Positions 47,455 through 56,386 of a DNA stretch of 64,000 nucleotides are shown piece after piece. The stretch lies in the IMG/VR virus record IMGVR_UViG_3300028423_001099, positions 22,577-86,576 of that record, one strand, 5' to 3'. Position numbers and translations under genes: made by a program. Within the stretch, counting starts at the first letter, position 1; each line of letters opens with the position of its first letter. The notes under the pieces are model-generated. The model did not search any database. It was not told the DNA's origin and saw only the letters and a program-made list of their open reading frames with translations. The stretch is from a virus.

Positions 47455-48425
47455 AGCATTCTGCTCTGCACTTGTATTTTAATTTTGTTGTCAGTTGCGT
47501 GTGTAATTATGCTCTCCAAGGTGGCAAGTCTACCATATCTTGAACAAGCATCGGCTGCATCTTTGCAGTCTGCGTGCCAGGGTGGAAAACTCACTGACCA
47601 CCCTAGCTCTGCGGCCTGACCAATGAGTTCTTTGCCTGCTTGATCTCTGTCTGGGCACACAATAACCTCCTTGTTGAGGCTTTCAATGAGATGTGCCTGT
47701 TCTGGACTCATCTTGTTGCTCATCACTGCCACACCGTCCACAAGTATGGCATCAAAAAGTCCTTCAACAACAACCACAACTTCTCTGTGAGCATCAGCAA
47801 AACGGTCTACATTGAACACATATCCCGAAGGATGGTTGCTTAAAAACTTGGGTGTGTGTTTGTCAGGAGGATCAATGTGACGTGCGCTCCAGCCTACAAG
47901 ATCGCCGTTGTAGGTAAACGGCACAACCACACGTCTGCGATAGGCTGTTCCTGGAAAGTGCAACAGAGGATACAATCCCATAATTCCTCTGTGTTTTGCA
48001 TATACTTTTAGTTCATGTTCATCAGGTAGATCGGTGATGCTTTGTGTGTCTTCGGGCAAGTCAGCGTGTTCAAACTTGCAGAAATCATATGTGGGCGACT
48101 GCACAGCACAGTCATAGAGCTCTGTGCTGTGTTCCAACAACAACAATTGTGCAGCCTGTATCTCAGTGTCTGTGGCGCCAAGTGCAGTGACCAGCTTGCG
48201 ATATTTCTTGCTGAGATGCGGTGCTGGGCTCCAGCCTGCCTTGAATCCACAGTTAAAGCAGTGATAGCTGATGCGTGGACCATCAATGATAACGCCGCCG
48301 CGTCGGCGCTTGTCGCTGCACACCGGACAATCAAAGCTGGTCCAGCCGCTGGGTGTACGCCCTGAACGCACAGGCAGATGATCCATCACTAGCCTGTGTA
48401 CATTTTGTATCACTGTTTCGACCAT
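47451..48425 (-). CDS. 61: DNA primase (gp61-like)
   Basis: CPVC..HCFNC zinc finger; TOPRIM EGLFD and PDRD. Confidence 0.88.
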   Translation of the reverse strand: MVETVIQNVHRLVMDHLPVRSGRTPSGWTSFDCPVCSDKRRRGGVIIDGPRISYHCFNCGFKAGWSPAPHLSKKYRKLVTALGATDTEIQAAQLLLLEHSTELYDCAVQSPTYDFCKFEHADLPEDTQSITDLPDEHELKVYAKHRGIMGLYPLLHFPGTAYRRRVVVPFTYNGDLVGWSARHIDPPDKHTPKFLSNHPSGYVFNVDRFADAHREVVVVVEGLFDAILVDGVAVMSNKMSPEQAHLIESLNKEVIVCPDRDQAGKELIGQAAELGWSVSFPPWHADCKDAADACSRYGRLATLESIITHATDNKIKIQVQSRML

Positions 48426-48431
48426 ACTGCT

Positions 48432-48460
48432 ATTATAGCAGATGTTCAGCGGAGAGTCAA
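48432..48460 (-). promoter_or_regulatory. Sigma70-like promoter, likely leaderless transcript
   Basis: TTGACT-N17-TATAAT, 6 nt before the primase ATG. Confidence 0.65.
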
Positions 48461-48463
48461 TGC

Positions 48464-49276
48464 TTAGTTGCGCAATAACACACGGTCAACTGTGCCAGCA
48501 GTGGGCAGTATAGCTAGGCGTACCCAATTGCAGTTGCACACAAAATTGGTATAGTGAATGCTATTGCTGGTTGATTCTACGTCGATGGTGGCCACATCAA
48601 ACCAGTCGCTGCCTGAATAATATTCTGTTTGTGGTGTACTGCTGAGACAACTGGCTTGTACTACAACTTGGCCGCTGAAACTCTCTGGATAAAAGGCCAC
48701 CGTGTGTTGTGCGTTTTGAAAGTTTCGATTGAGATTGCCACGAAATGCGCCAGTGACAAATGTGTTGGCATCAGAGCCATTTAAACCGTCTAGATTAGTA
48801 ACATCCAACAGTGTGGTCTCTTCTTGGGTTTCCACAGGTGTTGTGCCCGTTTGATCCGTGATTTCTAGATTTAGACTGATATTGTTGTTGTGATTGCTAT
48901 ACACAGGTTTGTCCTGGTGCTCGCTGTCACTGCGTGTTATATAAGCATGATACAGACCTGGCTCTAAGTTTACCAAATCTCCGTCATCTAACACCAACTT
49001 AACAATGCCCAACTCCAGTGTGTCCTCTAGAACCTTAGACAGAATTCTCTGTTTGGTGGTGGGGTTTATGATATATGCTCTTAGAGTTTGTGCATACACA
49101 TTTTGGGGTTTACGGTCACGGTCTCGTACCGTGATAAAAATTTCATTGGTGAGACCTTTGTGTGCGATAAGTTTTCTCTGGTTCATAGGCAAATTGTCCA
49201 CGTACATTGCAGTTGTGGTTATCACAACGTCTATATTATCCTGATATAGATAAAGTTTGTTGTCGTTGATGTTCAT
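48464..49276 (-). CDS. Putative virion structural protein
   Basis: Beta-rich; GATAAATA at 49284-49291; ends VLLRN. Confidence 0.5.
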   Translation of the reverse strand: MNINDNKLYLYQDNIDVVITTTAMYVDNLPMNQRKLIAHKGLTNEIFITVRDRDRKPQNVYAQTLRAYIINPTTKQRILSKVLEDTLELGIVKLVLDDGDLVNLEPGLYHAYITRSDSEHQDKPVYSNHNNNISLNLEITDQTGTTPVETQEETTLLDVTNLDGLNGSDANTFVTGAFRGNLNRNFQNAQHTVAFYPESFSGQVVVQASCLSSTPQTEYYSGSDWFDVATIDVESTSNSIHYTNFVCNCNWVRLAILPTAGTVDRVLLRN

Positions 49277-49343
49277 CTTATAGTATTTATCCACAAACCA
49301 ACATTGTTACAGCGATCTTGCATTCGTGGTAAATAAAGCTGGT

Positions 49344-49715
49344 ATGTTAGACAACGAAAATCCCTACACACAGTTTGAATTTCTCACTGGAATATCCTAT
49401 GCCGGCAACGAGTATGTGGGCATAGTGGTCAACCAAGACAACCAAATTCTCACTTTCTATGATGTAGACAGCATCGGCACCACAGAAAACAAACAGATTT
49501 TCTTGGGGTTAGGAGAGCTTTGGTGGTGGGAAAGCAACCGCCAGCTGCCCATTGATGTGTTTTTGCACCATGAAATGCGTCAATTTCACCATTGTTTGAA
49601 GACGTTTTCCATGAAGGATGTGGAGATTTTATTTGGGCCTGTGACCAGTCTACAAAACCTCATCAAAAAACGCATCAAGCGTCGCAGTATACAGCTGGTG
49701 CGGAAGACCGACTAA
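49344..49715 (+). CDS. Hypothetical protein (WWWESNR motif)
   Basis: Divergent ORF; GTAAATA upstream. Confidence 0.65.
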   Translation: MLDNENPYTQFEFLTGISYAGNEYVGIVVNQDNQILTFYDVDSIGTTENKQIFLGLGELWWWESNRQLPIDVFLHHEMRQFHHCLKTFSMKDVEILFGPVTSLQNLIKKRIKRRSIQLVRKTD

Positions 49716-50305
49716 ACATCAACCTGTGTTAGCTGCTCACAGAGCAGATTCAGCTGAACCACAATTACCATAGCATAAGCAACAGCGTGTGACTTCTTGA
49801 AATAGTAGCTGTTGTCTTTGGGCTTGGTCCAGATACTATCTCCTATGGTCTCCCAGGATTCTCCCATGAGATGTTTTTTGCTGGGGCGTATCAATGCAAG
49901 AATCATTGCCAGCTGATCAATGCTTTTAGGCTTGTATTTGCTCAACAGCCAGTGATATTTGTTGATGTGAAAAAGCTGTTCTACAACTTCTTGATGTTCG
50001 AGTAATTCCCACAGCGGCTCTTTTTCCATGAGCGTGTCAAGATGAGCACTGTTGCGCACGCCTTTGTACACACTGTTGTTTAGTATGTCTACTTTAAAGT
50101 AGCCTTCCTGTTCTGCAGATTTATGATCAATGGCGCTGTGGCCGGCAAGAGGCTCCATGGGTATGTTCTGCAAGTAGATACCTGTGTTGTGTTTTACAAG
50201 CCCGTCGTTGGTTTGTATACTGGCAGACGTGTAATTGAGACACTTGAGCAGTTCACTTCTATCAGCTACGTCGATGTCTACGTCAAAGTCAATTGCTGTT
50301 TGCAT
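49712..50305 (-). CDS. Minimal DNA polymerase III alpha (DnaE)-like catalytic core
   Basis: DVDID, KHNTGIY, FKVDIL, ALIRP, FKKSHAVAYA. Confidence 0.8.
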   Translation of the reverse strand: MQTAIDFDVDIDVADRSELLKCLNYTSASIQTNDGLVKHNTGIYLQNIPMEPLAGHSAIDHKSAEQEGYFKVDILNNSVYKGVRNSAHLDTLMEKEPLWELLEHQEVVEQLFHINKYHWLLSKYKPKSIDQLAMILALIRPSKKHLMGESWETIGDSIWTKPKDNSYYFKKSHAVAYAMVIVVQLNLLCEQLTQVDV

Positions 50306-50495
50306 ATTTTTTCGCAGTATAGAAGTCGTGTATTTCTTTGATATCAATGTTTATAATTTTCACGTCACTGAGATAGAACTTTCTAGCTATGGTTTGTGCA
50401 TCAGCTGACGTGTCAGCTTCGACCACAAAACATCTAGTGCCAGATTTTTTCCTTGTGTGCCTGTTATATGAGCACTCAACATAGTATTTTTGCAT
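50289..50495 (-). CDS. Small hypothetical protein
   Basis: 68-aa ORF in operon orientation. Confidence 0.5.
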   Translation of the reverse strand: MQKYYVECSYNRHTRKKSGTRCFVVEADTSADAQTIARKFYLSDVKIINIDIKEIHDFYTAKKYANSN

Positions 50496-50554
50496 TGTAA
50501 TGTCTCATGCCTTCTGGGTGTTATACATATATTTTAACAGCAAACACTCATATG

Positions 50555-51046
50555 TCAATCATAAAAGCGATGTCGGCGCAGTTTTGAAACCAGCTCGTCG
50601 CCGCATGGTGTTTCAAAATTGTTTCCTCCTTTGAGGAAGACGCGACCAACATTGTCTTTTTCGTGAGTATATCCTTGAACTTCCATGAGATCAACAAACA
50701 CACCATCGTTGAGCTGCACAAACACACACTGATAACTGGAATCTTGTTTGAGTCTCGACACAAGCTCGTCCCCACAGGGAGTATCAAAGCTGTTTCCGCC
50801 TTTGAGAAACACTGTGCCTTTGCCTTCGTGTTTTAGTGCGTGACCTTGAATCTGAGTCAGGTCCACAAATACACCGTCGTTGAGCTGGACGAATAGACCC
50901 TGAGACTGTGCTTGTTGTTCCAGAGATACAGGTGTACCGGAAAATAGACTGCTGGAAGATTCAGTGACAGACTCGTCCGCTGTGTTGTCTTTGATGCTTT
51001 CGCCTACTTTGGTTTTTTCAACCACTTTTCTTTTTGTTTCTGCCAT
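50555..51046 (-). CDS. Protein with two tandem copies of a ~55-aa domain
   Basis: FVQLNDGVFVDL..(I/V)QG...VFLKGGN.F.TPCGDELVS.L twice; GAGGA RBS. Confidence 0.7.
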   Translation of the reverse strand: MAETKRKVVEKTKVGESIKDNTADESVTESSSSLFSGTPVSLEQQAQSQGLFVQLNDGVFVDLTQIQGHALKHEGKGTVFLKGGNSFDTPCGDELVSRLKQDSSYQCVFVQLNDGVFVDLMEVQGYTHEKDNVGRVFLKGGNNFETPCGDELVSKLRRHRFYD

Positions 51047-51111
51047 TGTTGTGTCCTCTGTGTGTAAAAAACAAAAGAGTCATGCCCTTTTGCTCTTGTT
51101 GTTATCTGTTA

Positions 51112-51546
51112 TTATTCTGCCAATTTGGTCATGTCGATTTTACCAACACATTTTTGAAAGATGATTCCACCGGGTGTTGAGTTACGACATTTTTCAACCC
51201 AAGCAACCAGCTCATAATCAACCAACAGTTTACCTTCTTCGGTAATGCTCAGTTCTGCAAGACCCACCGGTTCACCGAGGTCGAAGTCACCCGAACCCAT
51301 AAAACCTGCTTTGGGTTCGTGGAGCGAAACCGCACACGGAAATGATTCACATGTCTGCCCGGCAGTCAGAAATGCAGTTGAACCATCCTTACGATACAGA
51401 TACCAAGTGAATGCATGACCATGACCAGTATCACGGTTAATCTGAATACCATGCCCGGGATTGTCTGCGTCATACCACATACCTGCTTGTCCGAACGCTG
51501 AGCCTGCTAGCAACAATAGTGATGCGATAGTTGCAATATACTTCAT
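51112..51546 (-). CDS. Secreted/periplasmic protein
   Basis: Sec signal peptide; GMWYD...GHG motif; 4 Cys; AGGAGA RBS; GATAAATA at 51572-51579. Confidence 0.7.
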   Translation of the reverse strand: MKYIATIASLLLLAGSAFGQAGMWYDADNPGHGIQINRDTGHGHAFTWYLYRKDGSTAFLTAGQTCESFPCAVSLHEPKAGFMGSGDFDLGEPVGLAELSITEEGKLLVDYELVAWVEKCRNSTPGGIIFQKCVGKIDMTKLAE

Positions 51547-51579
51547 AATAATCTCCTGTATAATGTGCTAGTATTTATC

Positions 51580-52269
51580 TCAGGCAATATCCTGGCCCAC
51601 ATAATCGTCAATAAGAGGAAACAGCTGGTTGATCACAGTGGCACAGGCTTTGGCTAGCTCAATGTGCTCTTGTTGAGTGCCGTTTGCGCTTCTAAGCTCA
51701 ATGTAGTGCACCCAGCTTCTCAGTGTGCCGTTTACATACAATCGGCTATGCGTGAGTCCTTCGGGCAACACAGATCGTGCCTGTTCTTTGGCTATGCCGT
51801 TATCAATAGCCCAACGATATGCTACCTGTGCTTGGTCAATCACATTCTTCTGCATACTGTTCCAGATCTGCTTGAGGCTTTCGTCATCAGTGGCTACACT
51901 GTTCTGACGATTTTTGGGGTCCTGCAATCTGGCCTCTCTGGTCACAAACTCCAGCTCTTTGGCGGGATCTGCATATCGCTGACTAAACTCCTGAAATGAA
52001 AAACTGCGGTGCCTGAGCAGTTGACGTGCAATGTCTCTGGTGGTTTCCACTTCCAAGCACAAGCTCACCATCTCCAGTGGACTCCAGTGTTTGTGACGGA
52101 TCAAATATTTTACCAGACGATCTGCTGTTTCTGTGTTCATTTGATTGTCTGGGTTGCTCACACGAGCACAGTATGCAACTAGATCCTGCAGTGTGGCATC
52201 AGAGGCCCAAGTGTTGCCAAACACTTCTTCTTTGGGCAGCTGGCTATATGATACAATATTTACTTTCAT
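51580..52269 (-). CDS. thyX: Flavin-dependent thymidylate synthase
   Basis: HWSPLE, RHRSFSFQEFSQRY, EQARSVLP. Confidence 0.95.
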   Translation of the reverse strand: MKVNIVSYSQLPKEEVFGNTWASDATLQDLVAYCARVSNPDNQMNTETADRLVKYLIRHKHWSPLEMVSLCLEVETTRDIARQLLRHRSFSFQEFSQRYADPAKELEFVTREARLQDPKNRQNSVATDDESLKQIWNSMQKNVIDQAQVAYRWAIDNGIAKEQARSVLPEGLTHSRLYVNGTLRSWVHYIELRSANGTQQEHIELAKACATVINQLFPLIDDYVGQDIA

Positions 52270-52283
52270 GCGTTTTTCCTATG

Positions 52284-52880
52284 TTATAGTTTTTGATTTT
52301 GATAGTTGAGATGATTCTGCCATAGCTCAACATCTCTCGTGTAATAGCGGTCGATGATGTTTTCCACAACACCGTGATGTTGTTTTAGCAATGACTCAAT
52401 GCTGGTTTGATGATGCTTGCTGTTTGCCAAACGATCTGGATTTAGATGACTTTCCACAACGGGCTGGTGTTGCTTGAACCAAATTGATCGCTGTAGCTCT
52501 TGGTCTAGTTTTTCAAACTTTAATATGTGCGTAAAAGCAATACCTTCTATGTAATGCAATTGTGGTTCGAGGTGTTCGTCGAAGCCTGTAGGATCATTTA
52601 ACAAATTCTCTAATAACTGTTCTAGGCTTTCAGACCGACGCTTTCGTTTGCGAAACTCTCCTAGTGCGCTAATCAGTCTTGTTCTAGGATTTCTCAGTAT
52701 ACACACGGTTTCGGTACTGGCTTGATCTTTTAATTTGACACGACTCATTCCTGTAGCCTCACAGATTTTACGCATCATCATGTTGGCGTTTTTGGGCACA
52801 CTGATCCATGCACACTGATCACAATGCCAGAACCATCTAGGCGAAGGAAACTGTTTGTTTGTGATCTTGTATTGATTCAC
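52284..52880 (-). CDS. Sulfotransferase family 2-like protein
   Basis: VPKNA, RNPRTRLIS, DEHLEPQ. Confidence 0.7.
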   Translation of the reverse strand: MNQYKITNKQFPSPRWFWHCDQCAWISVPKNANMMMRKICEATGMSRVKLKDQASTETVCILRNPRTRLISALGEFRKRKRRSESLEQLLENLLNDPTGFDEHLEPQLHYIEGIAFTHILKFEKLDQELQRSIWFKQHQPVVESHLNPDRLANSKHHQTSIESLLKQHHGVVENIIDRYYTRDVELWQNHLNYQNQKL

Positions 52881-53575
52881 GATGTATAGTAGTAAGGTTG
52901 TTTTTTGATGTAGTCTAGTAACTGATAATCTGCTTGCCGCCACTGTTTGAACCTGCTAAGAATATCTGGCTCAACTTCATAACTCTGAACAAAATCAAAC
53001 TGTTTCCTGCTTCTGGCCCTGAATGGGTTTTTGGGCATGTCTATGTTGTAATGATTTTTCATGTATGCTGTGAGACTTTGAAGATCGATAGCACTTACCA
53101 CTCGTTTTTCTTGCTCCTGATACTCTGTTAGACTTCCCAACCACCAGCACAGGCTTTGAGTGGCTATGCCCAGGGCGGTGTGTGTTTTGTAGGTGTCGTC
53201 TTGATCAAAATCGTATAGTAATTCCTGATATTCTGGCGCACGCTCTAATAACAGATATAAATCACTAGGCGTAGTGGTTTGTGACAGAATTTCACTATGC
53301 CAATCGGGTAATTTGTCTAGCTTGTTATAACTGCCTATCTTGTAAAACCTGTTTTCTTCTTGATGCGCTAACTGTTTTCTCAGATACAGAGTTTTGGCTT
53401 CCCAAAACCCACTGCAAAATCTTTGCCAAGGATCTCTGACGCAAAATATAACACGATTATAAGATTTGAGGGTGTGCTGGTGGGTGTTGCACACATTGAA
53501 AAATTTCAACCCATCTTTGGCCAGAGACTTTAGTGCAGTGCCGCCAGTCTTAGGTATGTGTAGGAAAGTGATCAC
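52877..53575 (-). CDS. Sulfotransferase family 2-like protein
   Basis: FLHIPKTGGTAL, RDPWQRFCS. Confidence 0.8.
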   Translation of the reverse strand: MITFLHIPKTGGTALKSLAKDGLKFFNVCNTHQHTLKSYNRVIFCVRDPWQRFCSGFWEAKTLYLRKQLAHQEENRFYKIGSYNKLDKLPDWHSEILSQTTTPSDLYLLLERAPEYQELLYDFDQDDTYKTHTALGIATQSLCWWLGSLTEYQEQEKRVVSAIDLQSLTAYMKNHYNIDMPKNPFRARSRKQFDFVQSYEVEPDILSRFKQWRQADYQLLDYIKKQPYYYTS

Positions 53576-54177
53576 AGCTTAACAAACGGGTTTTCTGCAT
53601 TTCTGAAGAACACCCAACTGGGATTGTGGCCTGTGGTCACTGCATAGGGCAAGTTGTGCTGTTTGGCAAACTCTGACACTGCTTCGATGACTTCAAACTT
53701 TTCTATGTGACTGCCTTCAATGTAATCATCGCCACATAACACACCGCCGGGTTTGACTTTTGCATACCATGCGCTGATATCAGCAAACACAGGATCATAT
53801 TTGTGATCAGCATCCACATACACCACATCAATGCTGTTGTCTGAGAATTGATGCACAGCATCCTGGCTCTTTGCTCTGAGTAGCTCACTGTGCCTATCGC
53901 TGTTCATGCCTGCTATGCGTGATTTAACACGTTCTGCAAGTAGATCCAGATTGTCTTGTGTGGCAAACTCAGTGGGATTGGGTTTGTCAGTGTATTCTTC
54001 ATAGAGCATAAAAGGATCTACGGTGTAGAACTTTTCAGGCTGTAATCTGTTGCACATTTCCTGGGCAAAGTCGCCTCTCCATGTGCCAACTTCCACTGCT
54101 GTGTGAATGTTGCCTAGATGCTTTTTGATCTCTGACATTAGCTGAAAACGGTTGTATGTTAGATTAGTTGGGTTCAT
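53572..54177 (-). CDS. Class I SAM-dependent methyltransferase
   Basis: VEVGTWRG, VYVDADH, VKPGGVLCGDDY. Confidence 0.88.
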   Translation of the reverse strand: MNPTNLTYNRFQLMSEIKKHLGNIHTAVEVGTWRGDFAQEMCNRLQPEKFYTVDPFMLYEEYTDKPNPTEFATQDNLDLLAERVKSRIAGMNSDRHSELLRAKSQDAVHQFSDNSIDVVYVDADHKYDPVFADISAWYAKVKPGGVLCGDDYIEGSHIEKFEVIEAVSEFAKQHNLPYAVTTGHNPSWVFFRNAENPFVKL

Positions 54178-54746
54178 TGCAGAGTTCTCTCATTTTTGCC
54201 AATCTCTTTTTGCTGTTTCTGGTGCCGTGAAAGTGCACAGCGCATGCTTCACTGAGCTCAAGCTGATTGAATCTATTGTTGCTGGCTGTCTATTCCCACT
54301 TGCCAACAGCTCTGAGGCATTGTGCTTGGATAATATCTCACACCGCAATTAAAGTAGTGTTGTATGGTGATATTGTAGTGTGTGTCTTTGGTGTGTTTTG
54401 GTGATGTATAATTGAACATCATGAATCTATCATGCTCTCCAAACACAGAATAAGGCTTTAGGAAAAGCACGTCTAGGTCCACATAGAGAATGTTACAACC
54501 GGTTTTCCAGAGTTCATAGATCTCAAAAAAATGCTCACGGAACACTTCTCTGATGTTTTCTGCATTGCCTCGGTGTATGACTATGTCTGATAAACCATTC
54601 ACATGCTGTTGAGCACTGCTGACCATTAGTTGCTCCATTGCAGTGTAATTGTCTGCTAGATCATGCTCATGCTGACGGTTTTCGTACCACTTGCTGTGAT
54701 CGGCCACCGTGTAGTTTTTTGATACTAGAATATTTTTTGTGCCCAC
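54164..54746 (-). pseudogene. GT-A glycosyltransferase split by a +1 frameshift near 54273 (possible internal deletion)
   Basis: YVDLD and YFNCGV in frame 0 ending CAA CAA TAG; +1 frame continues NRFNQLELSEACAVHFHGTR to a TAA overlapping the next gene. Confidence 0.6.
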
Positions 54747-54747
54747 T

Positions 54748-55449
54748 TTAGATACCTGCAGCTTCGCAGGCTGATTTCACAGCATCAACTTCCTCATCGT
54801 GATGTGCAAACACACGCATCCAGAACTTAGCGTCAATCAGCCTCTGTATGATATTTACCTGTTCGTCGCTGAAACGTGTGAGCAATTGATCGCCGCTGTT
54901 ACTGAGATACAACAGCCACGGCGAAATGCGTGCAGAACGTATATCATGCACTGCTCTAGGTGTGCTGACCACGCGAAAATAGTCCTGCCAGGGTTCACCG
55001 GATTCAGTGCTCCACTCTGAGAGATAGATGATGCTGCGTTCTAGTGCTCTTAGACCTGTTTCCTTTTTCACATATTCCAGGAGATACTCGTCATACACTG
55101 TATCCTTGCACCAGTCTGACAGCTTTTTGCCATTGCCAATGAGCCATTCTGCAAAGCCTTCAGGATCAATGTACTGATTCCTCACACAAGCTCTGCCGAA
55201 TTTTATAAACCCGTCATAGTACTTGCTTTGTATGAAATCTTCCTGTGTCTTGGGCTTGCTTGAAGCAGTGTTGAGCTCATAGAACTTTTGAAACACACGG
55301 AACGCCAAGCGAGCATGTGTCATTTCACGATCCGCCCAGCGTCGTTTTTTCACGCACATGTGTGCAGCAAGTGTGCGTTCAGTGCGAAACTCTTTGCCGC
55401 ACCATCGGCACTGATTACTTGTCGAAGATGTCTTTGATGGTTTTGTCAT
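54748..55449 (-). CDS. C2H2-type zinc-finger phage protein
   Basis: CRWCGKEF...TLAAHMC. Confidence 0.7.
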   Translation of the reverse strand: MTKPSKTSSTSNQCRWCGKEFRTERTLAAHMCVKKRRWADREMTHARLAFRVFQKFYELNTASSKPKTQEDFIQSKYYDGFIKFGRACVRNQYIDPEGFAEWLIGNGKKLSDWCKDTVYDEYLLEYVKKETGLRALERSIIYLSEWSTESGEPWQDYFRVVSTPRAVHDIRSARISPWLLYLSNSGDQLLTRFSDEQVNIIQRLIDAKFWMRVFAHHDEEVDAVKSACEAAGI

Positions 55450-55885
55450 CGTATCCGTGATCCCGAGCCTTCTGTTTCAATGCAGACTTGTCGTTGAGCG
55501 AAATCAACAAATCAATTTCGTCTGGCTTCATGTGTGGATACAGCTCGCTGACAAAGTCTGCAACTTTGTTCTTGCGTTTGCGGCTGTTAGGCGGCTTGAT
55601 ATAAGGATGAAACTCAACCTTGCCTGCACCACATGCGCTCAACAACAGCCATTGTAACTCAGGGTGACGGCTTACATCAGAGAAATTCTTGTTGACCAAC
55701 TCATTGACCATAAAGATATAATGCGGGGCATTACTGCCTTGCACACTGCTGGCATATCTCATCATCATCCATGCACTGAATGCTTTTTTCTGTTCGTTGC
55801 TGAGACTGTTGTACCACTGTCGGTCACGTTTGTCAAGTGCAGACATCACAGACTTCAACGGCAAATTGGCCTGCTTCTTGCTCAC
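55415..55885 (-). CDS. Clamp-loader small subunit (gp62)-like protein
   Basis: KAFSAWMMMRYAS..NE.VN..HPELQW pattern; replication context. Confidence 0.5.
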   Translation of the reverse strand: MSKKQANLPLKSVMSALDKRDRQWYNSLSNEQKKAFSAWMMMRYASSVQGSNAPHYIFMVNELVNKNFSDVSRHPELQWLLLSACGAGKVEFHPYIKPPNSRKRKNKVADFVSELYPHMKPDEIDLLISLNDKSALKQKARDHGYDDKTIKDIFDK

Positions 55886-56379
55886 ATCAGATCTCCGGGT
55901 TCCAGGTCACATACCTTATTTACATCTTTGACCAAGTATATACAACTGGGCCTTGGTTTGTTATCCAAAGGAATAGTTAGCAGGTGGCCGTGCTTGAGTT
56001 TGGGAAAATACCATTTCACATCATTGTAGATATTGGTAATGGATATTTCTGCTCCTGTGATGCTTTGAAATTGCAAGGGGTTAAATGTAACTGCAGAAAA
56101 TCCTCTGTTGTTGAGACTGGTAAGAGGCAGTACCTCTAGGGCACTATAATCATCGTCGCAGATCAATATGCTCCAGTCCATGGGCACTTGCAGGTTGTGT
56201 GCGCCGATTTGAAGGCAGATAGCAGGAGCATAAAAGCTCTCCAAAAAGATCAAAGGCAACCAGAAAAAATCCACATGCTCTTTGTCGCTGGCATCAAGCA
56301 CACAGTATCTCATGTCATCGATTTGATCAGGCACTGTGTCTAGATCAAAAGTCGTGTTGTGTTCAGTGAGTATTTTCAT
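55882..56379 (-). CDS. Hypothetical protein
   Basis: 165-aa ORF right after uvsW. Confidence 0.65.
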   Translation of the reverse strand: MKILTEHNTTFDLDTVPDQIDDMRYCVLDASDKEHVDFFWLPLIFLESFYAPAICLQIGAHNLQVPMDWSILICDDDYSALEVLPLTSLNNRGFSAVTFNPLQFQSITGAEISITNIYNDVKWYFPKLKHGHLLTIPLDNKPRPSCIYLVKDVNKVCDLEPGDLM

Positions 56380-56386
56380 ATATTTC

